This document shows positions 1 through 11,960 of a stretch of 64,000 bases of DNA, in pieces. The DNA is taken from the NCBI GenBank assembly GCA_951406725.2, contig OX597835.1, positions 23,932,001 to 23,996,000 of the forward strand, given 5' to 3'. A program made the position numbers and the translations under genes. Each line of letters opens with the position of its first letter. Within the stretch, counting starts at the first letter, position 1. The stretch comes from Octopus vulgaris (taxonomy: Eukaryota). A model generated the notes under the pieces. The model did not search any database, was not told where the DNA came from, and saw only the letters and a program-made list of their open reading frames with translations.

Positions 1-529
1 CCGTTTAGTTTTTTTACCTGTTTCAGTCATTGAACTGGAGCATCACCTTCAAAGGTTTAAGTTGGTCAAAATGAACCTTAGTGCTTTGTTTTATGTCTGG
101 TCCTTCTATGAATCTCTGTTTTAGGGAATCACTAAATTAAGGGAGATATTATTCCCTGGTTTCCATGCCTCACATATGATACACATTCCCAATTTTTTCT
201 CCAAATCCCTAGAATACCTTGGGACTTATGAAACAAGTTCTATATTACTCAAAATGTATGAAACAAGGGTTAACTAAGTCTGAGGACAAGCATGGGTCCT
301 TATTGGATAGGCAAAGGGTAAAAAATCAGAATTCCTCATAGAATGAGGTGAGAGAAAAATACAAGCAGAAGGATTAATATTACTTAAATTTTATCTTTGG
401 AGTAAACACAAGGATAACTCCAGACAAGTTTCAGTCTTATTAAACCTCTTCAGCAAAGCATAGACGTTTCCATAGTAGCCAGTTTGGAGATAAAAGAATC
501 ACTAGGGATACACAATTATCATTTCTATT

Positions 530-695
530 GTAGGTACAGGGCTTGAAATTTTTTAGGTGGTGGGTACTAGTTGATTACATCAACCCCAAAAGGAGGAAAG
601 GTGAAATTGACCTTGGTAGTTTGAAATCAGAATATAAAGATGGGCAAAATGTTACTAAGCATTTTGTCCAGTATGCTAATGATCCTACCAGCCTT
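530..695 (-). mobile_element. Degenerate SINE family E copy
   Basis: Reverse complement resembles the E consensus (gtcaatttcacctttcctccttttggggttgat...taatcaactagtacc); compare 56624-56859. Confidence 0.6.
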
Positions 696-993
696 ACTAT
701 GGATGCACAATTATGCCACAATGATTATGCCAACTGTTGGTATGACAAACATTTCTCTGATGAAAGGCCCTTACTAAAATGTCAAATATCTTTTATTTCT
801 CCTGGTACCAAGTAATTTACTTTGGTTTTTGTGAATGCTGTTAACGTAAGGTCAGTCAATCCCTGGAATATATAATAAATTTGATAATTAGTGCCGGAGA
901 CACGAAATTACCAAATTACAATAATCCATGGAGAGGAATGGTAGACAGCATGTTATACAGCGGTTGGATTCGTTCTATGATATATGGACATAT

Positions 994-1950
994 GCACACA
1001 CACACATATATATATATGCACACACATCTATACACACACACACACATACACACATCTATACACACACACACACACATCTATACACACACACACACATCTA
1101 TACACACACACACACATCTACACACACACATCTACACACACATATATATATACACATGCACACACAAAGATATACAAAAAGTCACGCACACAATTGGACA
1201 GTCATATAGATACTGATAGCTACATAGGGAGGGAGATACACACATACATACACACACATACATACACACACACACACACACACAGTTGCAAATGTCTACA
1301 TACAAATACACCTACATAAATACATGTACACAACTGCACACACACGCACACACACACACACACACACAAAGACACACAAATAAACACATACACAAAACAA
1401 AAAATGTCACATATACACTGATAGATACAGACACACACACACACACACAGACAGACACATGGACACATACACACACAACTGCACACACATGTCTACACAT
1501 AAATATATCTAGACACACACACACACCCATTGAGTTACATACAAACCTCTACATCTGCTCATATCCATATATGCACATACATTTACACATGCATGCACAT
1601 GTACATGCACACACGCATCTACACTCACACACAAATGCAAGCATATCTACCGATACACACACATACATAGACACTAGCATATATATATATACACATACAC
1701 AAACACACACATGCACACACAATTACTGTCGTCTACCTTGCATGAACACACACACATTATCAGCCCACATGGCTCTTAACATTTAAAAGCAACAATCATG
1801 AAAAGCTGAGAAAAATTATTGCCATCACAACAAAAATTACTATGAAATTACTATCACACACACACATACGCATACACACACACACACACACAAATATACA
1901 CACACATATACACACATGCACATATACACACACATACATATCCACATATA
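994..1950. repeat. Compound (CA)n/(TA)n microsatellite tract
   Basis: Directly visible; source of the HT/YI pseudo-ORFs. Confidence 0.95.
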
Positions 1951-1951
1951 T

Positions 1952-2147
1952 ACTCTTTTACTCTTTTACTTGTTTCAGTCATTTGACTGCGGCCATGCTG
2001 GAGCACCGCCTTTAGTCGAGCAAATCAACCCTGGGACTTATTCTTTGTAAGCCCAGTACTTATTCTATCGGTCTCTTTTGCCGAACCGCTAAGTGACGGG
2101 GACGTAAACACACCAGCATCGGTTGTCAAGCAATGCTAGGGGGACAA

Positions 2148-2188
<41 letters not shown>

Positions 2189-2335
2189 ACAGGCTTCTTT
2201 CAGTTTCCGTCTACCAAATCCACTCACAAGGCATTGGTCGGCCCGGGGCTATAGCAGAAGACATTTGCCCAAGATGCCACGCAATGGGACTGAACCCGGA
2301 ACCATGTGGTTGGTTAGCAAGCTACTTACCACACA
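1952..2335 (-). mobile_element. tRNA-derived SINE family A (most abundant family, internal microsatellite)
   Basis: Minus strand has a tRNA-like head (gtgtggtaag...ggttcagtcc), cttgggcaa core, internal (TA/TG)n and a gtaaaaga tail; near-identical to copies at 30.1, 41.2 and 60.9 kb. Confidence 0.92.
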
Positions 2336-2359
2336 CACACAACACACATAAATATCCAC

Positions 2360-2394
<35 letters not shown>

Positions 2395-2757
2395 ACACGC
2401 ACATAAACACACACATACATATCCACACATACACACACACAATACACATACACACACACAATCCTTAAAGCAGAACAGAGAAAATAAACAGCAAGAATTC
2501 CAAAATTCTCCATGCGTCTCTACATTGTGATGTTTCTTTCTAAGTTACAAAGACGGGGGCTTTAATTCTCGGCTGCACTCCAATTCCTTTAAAGGAAAAA
2601 AGTTAAAACCCTTTCACAGCAGAAATGACAGATATCCTCTCACAATTTCACTACCTTTAACTCTACAAAACAGTTTTAATTCTATCTCCTACAAAAAGTA
2701 ATAAGTAATCCTTCAGTTTAATGGAAAACTGCTCTTTTTATAACTCAACATAAAAAC

Positions 2758-3103
2758 AAGGTGCATGGCTCAGTGGTTAGAGCACTGGGCTCACAATCGT
2801 GAGGTAGTGAGTTCGATTCCCGGACCAGGCTGTGTGTTTTGTTCTTGAGCAAGATACTTTTATTTCAGGTTGCTCCATTTCCCTTAGCTGTAGAAACGTA
2901 TTGTGGTATCACTGGTGCCAAGCTGGATCAGCCCCTTTGCCTTTCCCTTGGATAGCATCAGAGATGAGCAGAGGGGTGGCTGGTGTACAGGGATGACTGC
3001 TGGTCTTCCATAAAACAACCTTGCCTGGACTTGTGCCCTTGTAGGGTAACTTTCTTGGTGCAATCCTATAGTCATTCATGACCGAAGGGGCTCTTTACCC
3101 TTT
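2758..3103 (+). mobile_element. tRNA-derived SINE family B
   Basis: A box tggctcagtgg, B box gttcgattcc, ttcttgagcaag core, tail ctttacccttt; homologous to 24167-24508. Confidence 0.9.
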
Positions 3104-3124
3104 ATATTCACATACATTTATATA

Positions 3125-3237
3125 TGTATATCTATTCACTGATGTACATATATACATATATATACATATATATACACACATATCTACATATATATATATA
3201 CACACACACACATATATATATACACACATATATATAT

Positions 3238-3268
<31 letters not shown>

Positions 3269-3395
3269 CACACACACACATATATATATATATACACACA
3301 TACACATATACACACACATATAAATATATATATATACACACACACATATATATATACACACACACACACACATATATACACACACACACACACAC

Positions 3396-3427
<32 letters not shown>

Positions 3428-3440
3428 GCGCATATATATA
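3125..3440. repeat. (TA)/(CA) microsatellite
   Basis: Directly visible. Confidence 0.95.
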
Positions 3441-3530
3441 AGGAAGGTTTATGAAAATAAACAAAAGACGAAGGCAGGTGGAGTACAAACAAACAATTGT
3501 ATTAGTACGGCGCTCAGGAATAGAAATAAA
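3441..3530 (-). mobile_element. Penelope-like (pLTR) fragment, hammerhead part missing
   Basis: aaaacaaaagacgaaggcaggtg...tattagtacggcgctcaggaa is homologous to the region preceding the hammerhead motifs at 32.9-33.1 and 43.9 kb. Confidence 0.45.
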
Positions 3531-3539
3531 ACATATATA

Positions 3540-3742
3540 TAGGCACAAGACCCGAAAGTTTTGGGAGGAGATTAAGTCGATTAGATCAACCCCAGTATGC
3601 TATTGGTACTTAATTTATCGACCCTGAAAGGATAAAAGGCAAAGTCGACTTCAGTGGAATTTGAACTCAGAACGTAAAGACAGACAAAATACTGCTAAGC
3701 ATTTCACTCAGTGTGCTAACGTTTCTGCCAGTTTGCCACCTT
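3540..3742 (-). mobile_element. SINE family E
   Basis: Minus strand: ggtggcaaactggcagaaacgttagcac...gagttcaaattcc (B box)...tttgccttttatcctttcagggtcgataaattaagtacc. Confidence 0.85.
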
Positions 3743-3749
3743 AATATAT

Positions 3750-4175
3750 ACTCTTTTACTCTTTTACTTGTTTCAGTCATTTGACTGCGGCCATGCTGAA
3801 GCACCGCCTTTAGTCGAGCAAATCGACCCCGGGACTTATTCTTTGTAAGCCCAGTACTTATTCTATCGGTCTCTTTTGCCGAACCGCTAAGTGACGGGGA
3901 TGTAAACACACCAGCATCGGTTGTCAAGCAATGCTAGGGGGACAAACACAGACGCACAAACATATACACACACACTTATATATATATATATATACATATA
4001 TACGACAGGCTTCTTTCAGTTTCCATCTACCAAATCCACTCACAAGACATTGGTCGGCCCGTCAGCCTGGGAAGGTTTATAGAAAGACACTTGCCCAAGG
4101 TGCCACGCAGTGGGACTGAACCCGGAACCATGTGGTTGGTAAACAAGCTACTTACCACACAGCCACTTCTGCGCC
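3750..4175 (-). mobile_element. SINE family A, full length
   Basis: Same sequence as 1952-2335, with head ending gcgcct. Confidence 0.92.
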
Positions 4176-4227
4176 TATATATACCTCTCTGGGTATGAAT
4201 ATATATGCCTTGGAGGAAGGGTGTGAA

Positions 4228-4261
<34 letters not shown>

Positions 4262-4266
<5 letters not shown>

Positions 4267-4523
4267 TATGGAAGACCAGCATCTGCCCATGCACACCAGC
4301 CTCCCCTCTCCACACCACTACCCAATGTTATCCAAGGAAAAGGCAAAGGATGACACAGCTTGGCACTAGTGACGTCACAACTGATTTCTACAGCTGAGTG
4401 AACTGGAGCAATGTGAAATAAAGTGTCTTGCTTAAGAACACAACAAACAGCCTGGTCCAGGAATCGACTTACTCCCACATGATTGTGATCTCACGGCTCT
4501 AACCACTGAGCCATGTACCTTCA
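4262..4523 (-). mobile_element. SINE family B (3' truncated)
   Basis: Reverse complement of the 2758-3103 head and body. Confidence 0.85.
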
Positions 4524-4559
4524 CTTGTGTGTGTGAATATATATATATATATATAATAT

Positions 4560-4934
4560 TTACTCTTTTACTTGTTTCAGTCATTTGACGGTGGCCATGC
4601 TGGAGCACCACCTTTAGTCGAGCAAATCAACCCCAGGACTTATTCTTTGTAAGCCTAGTACTTATTCTATCGGTCTCTTTTGCTGAATTGCTAAGTTACA
4701 GGGATGTAAACGCACCAGCATCGGTGGTCAAGCAATGTTGGGACACATACATGCACACACACACACAGACATGATCGGTTCCTTTCAGTTTCCGTCTACC
4801 AAATCCACTCACAAGGCTTTGGTCGGCCCGAAGCTATAATAGAAGACACTTGCCCAAGGTGCCATGTAGTGGGACTGAACCTGGAACCATGTGGTTGGTA
4901 AGCAAGCTACTTACCACACAGCCACTTCTGTGCC
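4560..4934 (-). mobile_element. SINE family A
   Basis: Homologous to the other A copies. Confidence 0.9.
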
Positions 4935-4966
<32 letters not shown>

Positions 4967-5354
4967 ATTGTGTATGTATGTGTGTGTATACACACACACA
5001 CACACACACACACAGCTATACTTCGTTGTTGGAAACCAGGTTATTTATATGAAGAATTGTAGTGAAGAGGAAAGAACTCATTCCCCTTCACTTCTTCATA
5101 CTCGTTCCTCTAAACCCACCCAACCACCCACCCATCATTGACAACAACCCAAGATCTAAAAAATCAAATTACTTGAAGATATTTGATTAGGAGAGTTACA
5201 AGAATGTGTGCATGTGTGTGTATATATGTGCATGTGTGTGTATATATGTGCATGTGTGTGTATATATGTGCATGTATGCAGGTATGTGTACATGTTTATA
5301 GGTGTATGTATAGGTATGTGTATGTTTATATATATATAAAAACGATTTTTTGTG

Positions 5355-5553
5355 GCTGTTGCCAGTAACGCCTGACTGGCCTTCGTGCCGGTGGCATGTA
5401 AAAGCACCCACTACACTCTCGGAGTGGTTGGCGTAAGGAAGGGCATCCAGCTGTAGAAACTCTGCCAGATCAAGATTGGACCCTGGTGCAGCCATCTGGT
5501 TCGCCAGTCCTCAGTCAAATCGTCCAAGTGGACGTTAAACAATAATGATGATG
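5355..5553 (+). mobile_element. Interspersed repeat F (RTE-type 3' tail, ends ggacgttaaac(gat)n)
   Basis: gttggcgtaaggaagggcatccagctgtagaaac core; other copies at 12.2, 15.6, 32.9, 35.3, 38.0-38.3 and 50.2 kb. Confidence 0.75.
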
Positions 5554-5873
5554 ATATATATGCATGTGTGTAAATAAATAAATAAATATATATATACATA
5601 TGCTGCTTCATGACTGAAAATTCAACAAAAGAGAACTCCATCTGGTGGGAAATAAATATTAAAAGACATGTATTGTGTCCTTTAAATAACTAATATTATC
5701 CTGTAAATAATAATAATAATGATGGTACTTTTATATAAGCTTAAAGCTTAAGTCGATCACCGTGCAATGACTAAGGAAAATAGAAGGCTTTCCTATCCGT
5801 GTGGGAGTCGAACCCATATCCCTTTGTTCATGCGATTAAGTGTGTTTAAAAAAAACATTCATGATGAAAACTA

Positions 5874-5911
<38 letters not shown>

Positions 5912-5984
5912 GTGTACATATATGTAAATGTATGGGTGTGTAGGTATGTGTATGTATGTATATATGAATGCATACTCTATGTAT

Positions 5985-6398
5985 TACTTTTTACTTTGTT
6001 TCAGTCATTTTGACAGCGGCCGGGCTGGAGCATCGGCCTGAAGAGTTTTAGTTAAATTGACCCCCAGGGCTTATTTTTGTAAGCCTTGTACTTATTCTTT
6101 TCGCTCTCTTTTTGCCAAATGGCTAAGTTACAAGGATGTAAACACACCAACACCAGTTGTCAAGTGGTGATGGAAGGACAAACACACAGACGCACAAACA
6201 CACTCATACATATATATACATATACATATATACGACGGGCTTCTTTCAGTTTCCATCTCTCAAATCCACTCACATGGCATTTGGTCATATGACAACAAGA
6301 GTAGAAGACACTTGTCCAAGATGCCACTCAGTGGGACTGAACTCGGAATCATGTGGTTGGTTAAGCAAGCTTCTTACCACACAGCCACACCTGCGCTT
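5985..6398 (-). mobile_element. SINE family A variant, first unit of tandem pair
   Basis: Homologous to A; shares private variants with 6408-6776. Confidence 0.85.
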
Positions 6399-6407
6399 AT
6401 GTATGTA

Positions 6408-6776
6408 TTCTTTTATTTGTTTCAGTCTTTTGACTGCGGCTGTGCTGGAGCACCGCCCTGAAGAGTTTTAGTCAAATTGACCCCCAGGACTTACTTTTTT
6501 AAGCCTTCTACTAATCTCTTTTGCCAAATGGCTAAGTTACAAGGATGTAAACACACCAACACCAGTTGTCAAGTGGTGATGGAAGGACAAACATAGACAC
6601 AAAGACACACACGATAGGCTTCTTTCAGTTTCCATCTCCCAAATCCACTCACATGGCTTTGGTCATATGACAACAAGAGTAGAAGACACTTGTCCAAGGT
6701 GCCACTCAGTGGGACTGAACTCGGAATCATGTGGTTGGGAAGCAAGCTTCTTACCACACAGCCACACCTGTGCCTA
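6408..6776 (-). mobile_element. SINE family A variant, second unit of tandem pair
   Basis: Homologous to A; shares private variants with 5985-6398. Confidence 0.85.
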
Positions 6777-7067
6777 TATGCATGAGTGTGTTTGAAATAT
6801 ATATGTGTGTGTGTATATATATATATATGTGTGTGTGTATATATAGGTACGTATGTATGTATATACTTTTATATGTTGTAAATATATGTGTGTATGTGTG
6901 TAACACCATAGACTATGATGTGTCCTCTCCAAAGTACAAATTTATGCAAAAAGTTAATTTGATGAACTAACGACATTTAAATAAAAACAAAATCAATAAT
7001 ACAAAACAAAACAAACATAAACAAGACAACAAAAATCCACCATCCTCACTTCCACTCGCCCACCCAC

Positions 7068-7156
7068 CCAATCCGACAGATTGCCACGAAGTCGCTCCAC
7101 TGCCACCCTGGTACACTCTGACCTCCGGCCCATGGATGTATCATCTCTGCTCTCGG
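7068..7156 (-). CDS. Weak candidate coding exon (..ESRDDTSMGRRSECTRVAVERLRGNLSDW)
   Basis: Unique GC-richer sequence with an open frame, TGG|GTGGGT donor and a possible phase-1 acceptor aaacag (poor pyrimidine tract); could instead start at ATG 7133. Confidence 0.2.
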
Positions 7157-7489
7157 CTGTTTGTAGAACCACTATAGTTGGTGTTTTACACTCCTGCAAA
7201 CCGGACGCTCTCTCATATCACCTCTAAGATATACTAGTTATCCATACCCCAACTTCACATCACCCATATTGTGTACACCACTCTAGGCCCTGCATTTAAC
7301 AACTACTATATGTATATAATCCCTAGTCCTTCTCCACCACCAATGTTATCCCACTGGAATTCCTTCGTTTCACTTTTGTTTGTCTTTGTTTATTTTGTTT
7401 TGTTTTACTGAAGTTGATGAAGCAAAGCATTAAAACATCGAGGGAATCAATCTCACTGACTCCAGGGGAACTACAAGGGTCAAGAGCAC

Positions 7490-7716
7490 AACCCTCAACC
7501 CTATGGAACCCCTTTGATTCGTATTTTACTCTGGGGGACCCTCACAGCCATTCAATGTTTTTATAAAGAAATATTATTAGGAATTGCATTAAAAAAAAAG
7601 TCTTAAAATGTTTTTAGTTTTGTAGAAGTATAACTGATTTATTGCAGATAAATTTTAACAACAGAATCTTATATGGGACCCCTAAGGGTCATGTGGACCC
7701 CGGTTGAGAACCACTA
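7490..7716. mobile_element. hAT (Charlie-type) MITE
   Basis: ctcaacc...tatggaacccctttg left end and ggacccggttgagaaccacta right end (CAGTGGTTCTCAA-type TIR); relatives at 47.8-48.8, 53.9-54.35, 55.15 and 62.1 kb. Confidence 0.7.
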
Positions 7717-7789
7717 TTTTAGAACAATAAAAAGAAAAATTCAAAAAAAGAAAGAAAAAGCAGAAGGAAACTACCTCAGTGAGTCTGTG

Positions 7790-8010
7790 TTGCTTGACTT
7801 GCTAGAAATAGAAGTCACTGACCCATTCATCCTTAAATGACACCTCATACCTAAATTTTTTTTTTTTTTTTTTTTAATTTTTACATGGACACTTTATACT
7901 CAATAGCATAGTCTTCAATATATGGAATGACATGACATGATGATCATGGTTGGAATGCCTTTGATCATAGGTCTACTCAATCAGAGATGACCTGGGGTAA
8001 AAACAACAAC
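7790..8010 (+). mobile_element. Interspersed repeat G (gctagaaatagcagccaaatct...ggctggaatgcctttgatc...ggggctaaacaacaac)
   Basis: Many decayed copies (10.06, 10.28, 10.77, 12.1, 15.1, 30.8, 41.86, 42.19, 53.4, 60.44 kb); (CAA)n tail suggests a retroposon 3' end. Confidence 0.7.
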
Positions 8011-8268
8011 CACCACTATTACAACACCACCATCACCAACAACAAACACCATGACCACTATCACTCCTACAGTAGCTCCCTAAAATGACAACAATATTAG
8101 GGAGCTAGAGCAGCTCCCAAATATGACAACAATACCAAGTGTAACCTTAATGTAACAACAATAATACCAAAAGCTGCCCCTAATACAATGACAATAACAC
8201 CAAAAGTGACCCTAACACAATGACAATATTGTTCAGAATAACCCCTAATATAACAATGAGGTCCTTAC

Positions 8269-8311
8269 CATTTATATCGTAGCCTGAGGATGTAGTCCCT
8301 GTTTCACCCAT
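8269..8311 (-). CDS. Candidate first coding exon MGETGTTSSGYDIN(+G), gene unidentified
   Basis: gccATGG Kozak context, 14 codons + 1 nt, consensus donor G|GTAAGG, set in unique CpG-containing sequence. Confidence 0.5.
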
Positions 8312-8379
8312 GGCCTTCCTCCTTAGTCACTTTGTTGGTTACTTAACGAGCATGGATTAGATTTTTTAAAAATATACCA

Positions 8380-8398
8380 GTGCCACCAGAGGGCGGCA
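8380..8398 (+). promoter_or_regulatory. CTCF-like binding motif
   Basis: gtgCCACCAGAGGGCGgca closely matches the CTCF core consensus; TGAGTCA (AP-1-like) at 8458-8464. Confidence 0.45.
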
Positions 8399-8682
8399 GT
8401 GCTGCTACTGCGCGGCACGACGCCGCAATAAACTTGTCTCTCGATCTTAGCTAGATATGAGTCACAGTATGTGGTTATATATGTGTGTGTATATGCGCGT
8501 GTATATATGTGTGTGTGTGTTTTCTGTGGATAGAAGAAACAACGAGAGAGGAGGAGTGAGAAACAAAGAGGAGAGGAAAGAAGAGAAAGAAAAGAAAGAA
8601 GAAAAAATATATTGCTTGCAAAGGAGCGTTGTTGTCCAGACAATTGATAGGAAATGCTAATGGAATAAACGACACTATGGTG

Positions 8683-8713
<31 letters not shown>

Positions 8714-8839
8714 TAAGAAACAAGAGAAGAACACACACACACACACACACACACACATGGAGTGGATCTTCAATTGATTGGATGTGAGTGTTCGCAAGAA
8801 TTGTAAATATAACGCCTTGGTAACCACTGGTCTGCGAGA

Positions 8840-9372
8840 TATATATACATATACATACGTACATATATATATATATATATAGACATACATATATATATTC
8901 CTACACACAACATATATTGATATACATACATACATTTATGTGTGTGTAAGCCTATATTTATTTACATATATACACACATACATAAATACATGCATCCTTA
9001 TGCCCAGATTCATGCAGTAATAGATATATTACACACACATATACAGATACATATGGCCATACTATTTCATATACATGTGTGTTGCAAGCCTGTCTATACA
9101 CATACATACATGCACAGATTGACACAGTAATACAGATATAGATATCACACACACGCACACACAAACTTGTATATCCATACATTTTCATACATACATGTGT
9201 GTGTAGAAGTCTGTCTATACACCTACATGTTTACACATATACATACACAGATTGACAATAATACACACACATACACACACACACACATATATACCCATAC
9301 ATTTTCATATGTATACATGTGTATGTGTGTAAGCTTGTCTATACACACACACATACAGATCAACACAGTAAT

Positions 9373-9411
<39 letters not shown>

Positions 9412-9560
9412 ATGTATATATACTCACACATACATGTATATACTTACACATGTGTGTGTGTGTGTATGAGAGAGAGCGAGCAAGCCTGTCTAAACACACA
9501 CACACGCGTATGCATGCACACACACACACACACATCCATACATACAGGCATGCATACACA
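8840..9560. repeat. Degenerate (CA)/(TA) microsatellite
   Basis: Directly visible. Confidence 0.9.
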
Positions 9561-10377
9561 TAGATTGGCACAGTGATACAGTTATGATCAGAGAAAATAC
9601 ACTGATGGGTGGTGTGTCTGAGTGACCAGTGTCCATGGTGCCTCTCTCTCTCCTCCCTACCCCCACAATCCTCATCCTCCTCACCATCATCCCCCCACTC
9701 CCCACCCCCACCCCCCAATCCACATTTTCCTTTTAATTGATTCACACAACCAGAAAATCACAAAAACAAGGATGAGCAGGGGGGTGGGGTGGGATGGGGG
9801 TGGGGTGGGGGCGTTGGGAGTGGTGATGAACTGGGAACACAAACAGTTACAGGAACATTAACAACAACAACATCAATAGCAACAGCAGCAACAACTGTAA
9901 CAATAAAAATAACAAGAATAAGTCCTGGGGTCGATTTCTTTGACTAAAACCCTTTAAGGCGGTGCTCCAGCTTGGCTGCAGTCAAATGACTGAAACAAGT
10001 AAAAGAATAAAAGAATAGGATTGCTGTAATTGTTATTGTTACAAACAGCCTCCACGTGGTCATGCAGTCTGCTAGAAATAGCAAGCAAATCTCCCTTGAT
10101 ATATCTTAACAACATTGAAAAGTAAAGGACACATGAAATAATGTAGTCGATAGTCATTGATATGCAATGTTGGAATGGTTATGGCTGGATTGCTTTTGAT
10201 CATAGTGTCTGCTGAGTCAGAATTGAGTTAGGGTTAAAACAACACTATCCATTAACAAAACTCCATGAATGAACAAGGGAACATGCTAGAAATAGCATCC
10301 AAATCTTTCTAAAATCGCACACTTCCAGCTTGGAAAAGAAGGTCAACTTGGATATGTGGTCCAGGGTTCAGTAGAAG

Positions 10378-10628
10378 GAAGGTAAAGTTACCTTCTTGAG
10401 TCATGTCAACTCATAAGGCTGGTTTCCTGGTTTCATGGTGTATATATTCCCCTCCTGGATGGGACGTCAGTCCCTTGCAGGGTAACTCATTTTTACCAGC
10501 TGAGTTGACCAGAGCAATGTGAAATGAAGTGTTTTGTGCAAGAACACATGTTGACTGGTCCAGGAATCAAAACCACAATCTTACGATCATGAGTCCAACA
10601 CCCTAACCACTAAGCCATGCACCCTCAC
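10378..10628 (-). mobile_element. tRNA-derived SINE family D inserted in repeat G
   Basis: Reverse complement of 14505-14751; decayed TSD cagtagaaggaa / cagcagagggaa. Confidence 0.85.
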
Positions 10629-10892
10629 CAGCAGAGGGAAGCCAGGACCATGTCAGGGATGGTTGTGGTTGGAATGTCTTTGGTCTCAAGTCGACTCAAT
10701 CAGAACTGACCCGGGGCTAAACAACAACAACCATTTAGATAACATGGTCAATGAGAAAAGCCTCTAAATGGTCACACGACTTGTTAGAAATAGCAGCCAG
10801 ATCTTCTACAAATCACACTTAAGTATTTTAAACAAGAGAGGGCACATTGAATAATTTGAATAATATAGTCCTAGATATACTATTCTTTTCTA

Positions 10893-11072
10893 CACTAGGC
10901 ATAAGGTCTGAAAATTATTTGAGGGAGGGGGGCCATTTGAATAGATCAGCCCCAGTATGCAAACTGGTACTTGATTTATCAACCACGGAAGGATGAAAGA
11001 CAAAGTTGACCTTGGCGGAATTTGAACTTTGAACGTAAAGACAGACGAAATAGCACTAAGCATTTCGCCTGC
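10893..11072 (-). mobile_element. SINE family E (5' truncated)
   Basis: gcgaaatgcttagtgctatttcgtctg...gttcaaattccgcc on the minus strand. Confidence 0.8.
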
Positions 11073-11134
11073 CTTATTATTACTATTATTATTATTATCA
11101 TGGCTGGGTTCCAACCTGGGCTGCAGCAACAGAG

Positions 11135-11960
11135 TTCACCCACCTGCATACATGCCAGGCCAGTGTCTGCGATCTTATTGTCAATGTAAAGTGTGATGAG
11201 GTTTTCCTCTTCTTACACCAACATGAACTGGGACCCACAAGACTAATTTGGATGCTTCCAGATCAGGGTGGCACACACAATGATCAAATAGTCACCATTG
11301 TCTTTGCCTGATCTTCTTGTTAACTCTTGGCAGGTCTCCATAAAGGCATTTATTTGTCATATGTTGCTGTCATTTCACATTTAGAGCCATTCATAGAATC
11401 CTTGTGCAGCATCCATTTAGCCTGTTTGATAATTTCCTTGTCAGTGTCCATGTTTCACTGCCATATAATAATAACACTGGAGGCGCAATGGCCCAGTGGT
11501 TAGGGCAGCAGACTCGCAGTCATAGGATCGCGGTTTCGATTCCCAGACCAGGTGTTGTAAGTGTTTATTGAGCGAAAACACCTAAAGCTCCACGAGGTTC
11601 CGGCAGGGGGTGGTGGTGATCCCTGCTGTACTCTTTCACCACAACTTTCTCTCACTCTTACTTCCTGTTTCTGTTGTACCTGTATTTCAAAGAGCCGGCC
11701 TTGTCACTCTCTGTGTCACGCTGAATATCCCCGAGAATTACGTTAAGGGTACACGTGTCTGTGGAGTGCTCAGCCACTTACACGTTAATTTCACGAGCAG
11801 GCTGTTCCGTTGATTCGGATCAACTGGAACCCTCATCGTCGTAACCGACGGAGTGCTTCCATCCAATAATAACACTGATTCAACAGTTGCAATGAACAGC
11901 TTGGTTTTGATTCGCCTGGGCAATTTGGAGTTCCAGACCTTCTTTAGTTTGTGACGAGAC
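11135..11960 (-). pseudogene. RTE-clade LINE ORF2 C-terminal relic, interrupted by SINE C
   Basis: Removing the SINE restores KLFIATVESVLLLYGSETWTLT..LNGCCTRIL*MALNV, a typical RTE post-RT motif; stop codons present. Confidence 0.85.
11480..11864 (+). mobile_element. tRNA-derived SINE family C, full length with 13-bp TSD
   Basis: A box tggcccagtgg, B-box-like gtttcgattcc; TSD aataataacactg at 11467-11479 and 11865-11877; near-identical to 61584-61969. Confidence 0.93.

Noticed and set aside
2758-2830. tRNA genes at SINE heads (also 11480, 14505, 48065)
   Set aside because: A/B boxes are present but the acceptor stem is incomplete and each runs into a SINE body
5770-5850. Minus-strand B box GTTCGACTCC
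   Set aside because: No matching A box or cloverleaf; probably a decayed SINE head
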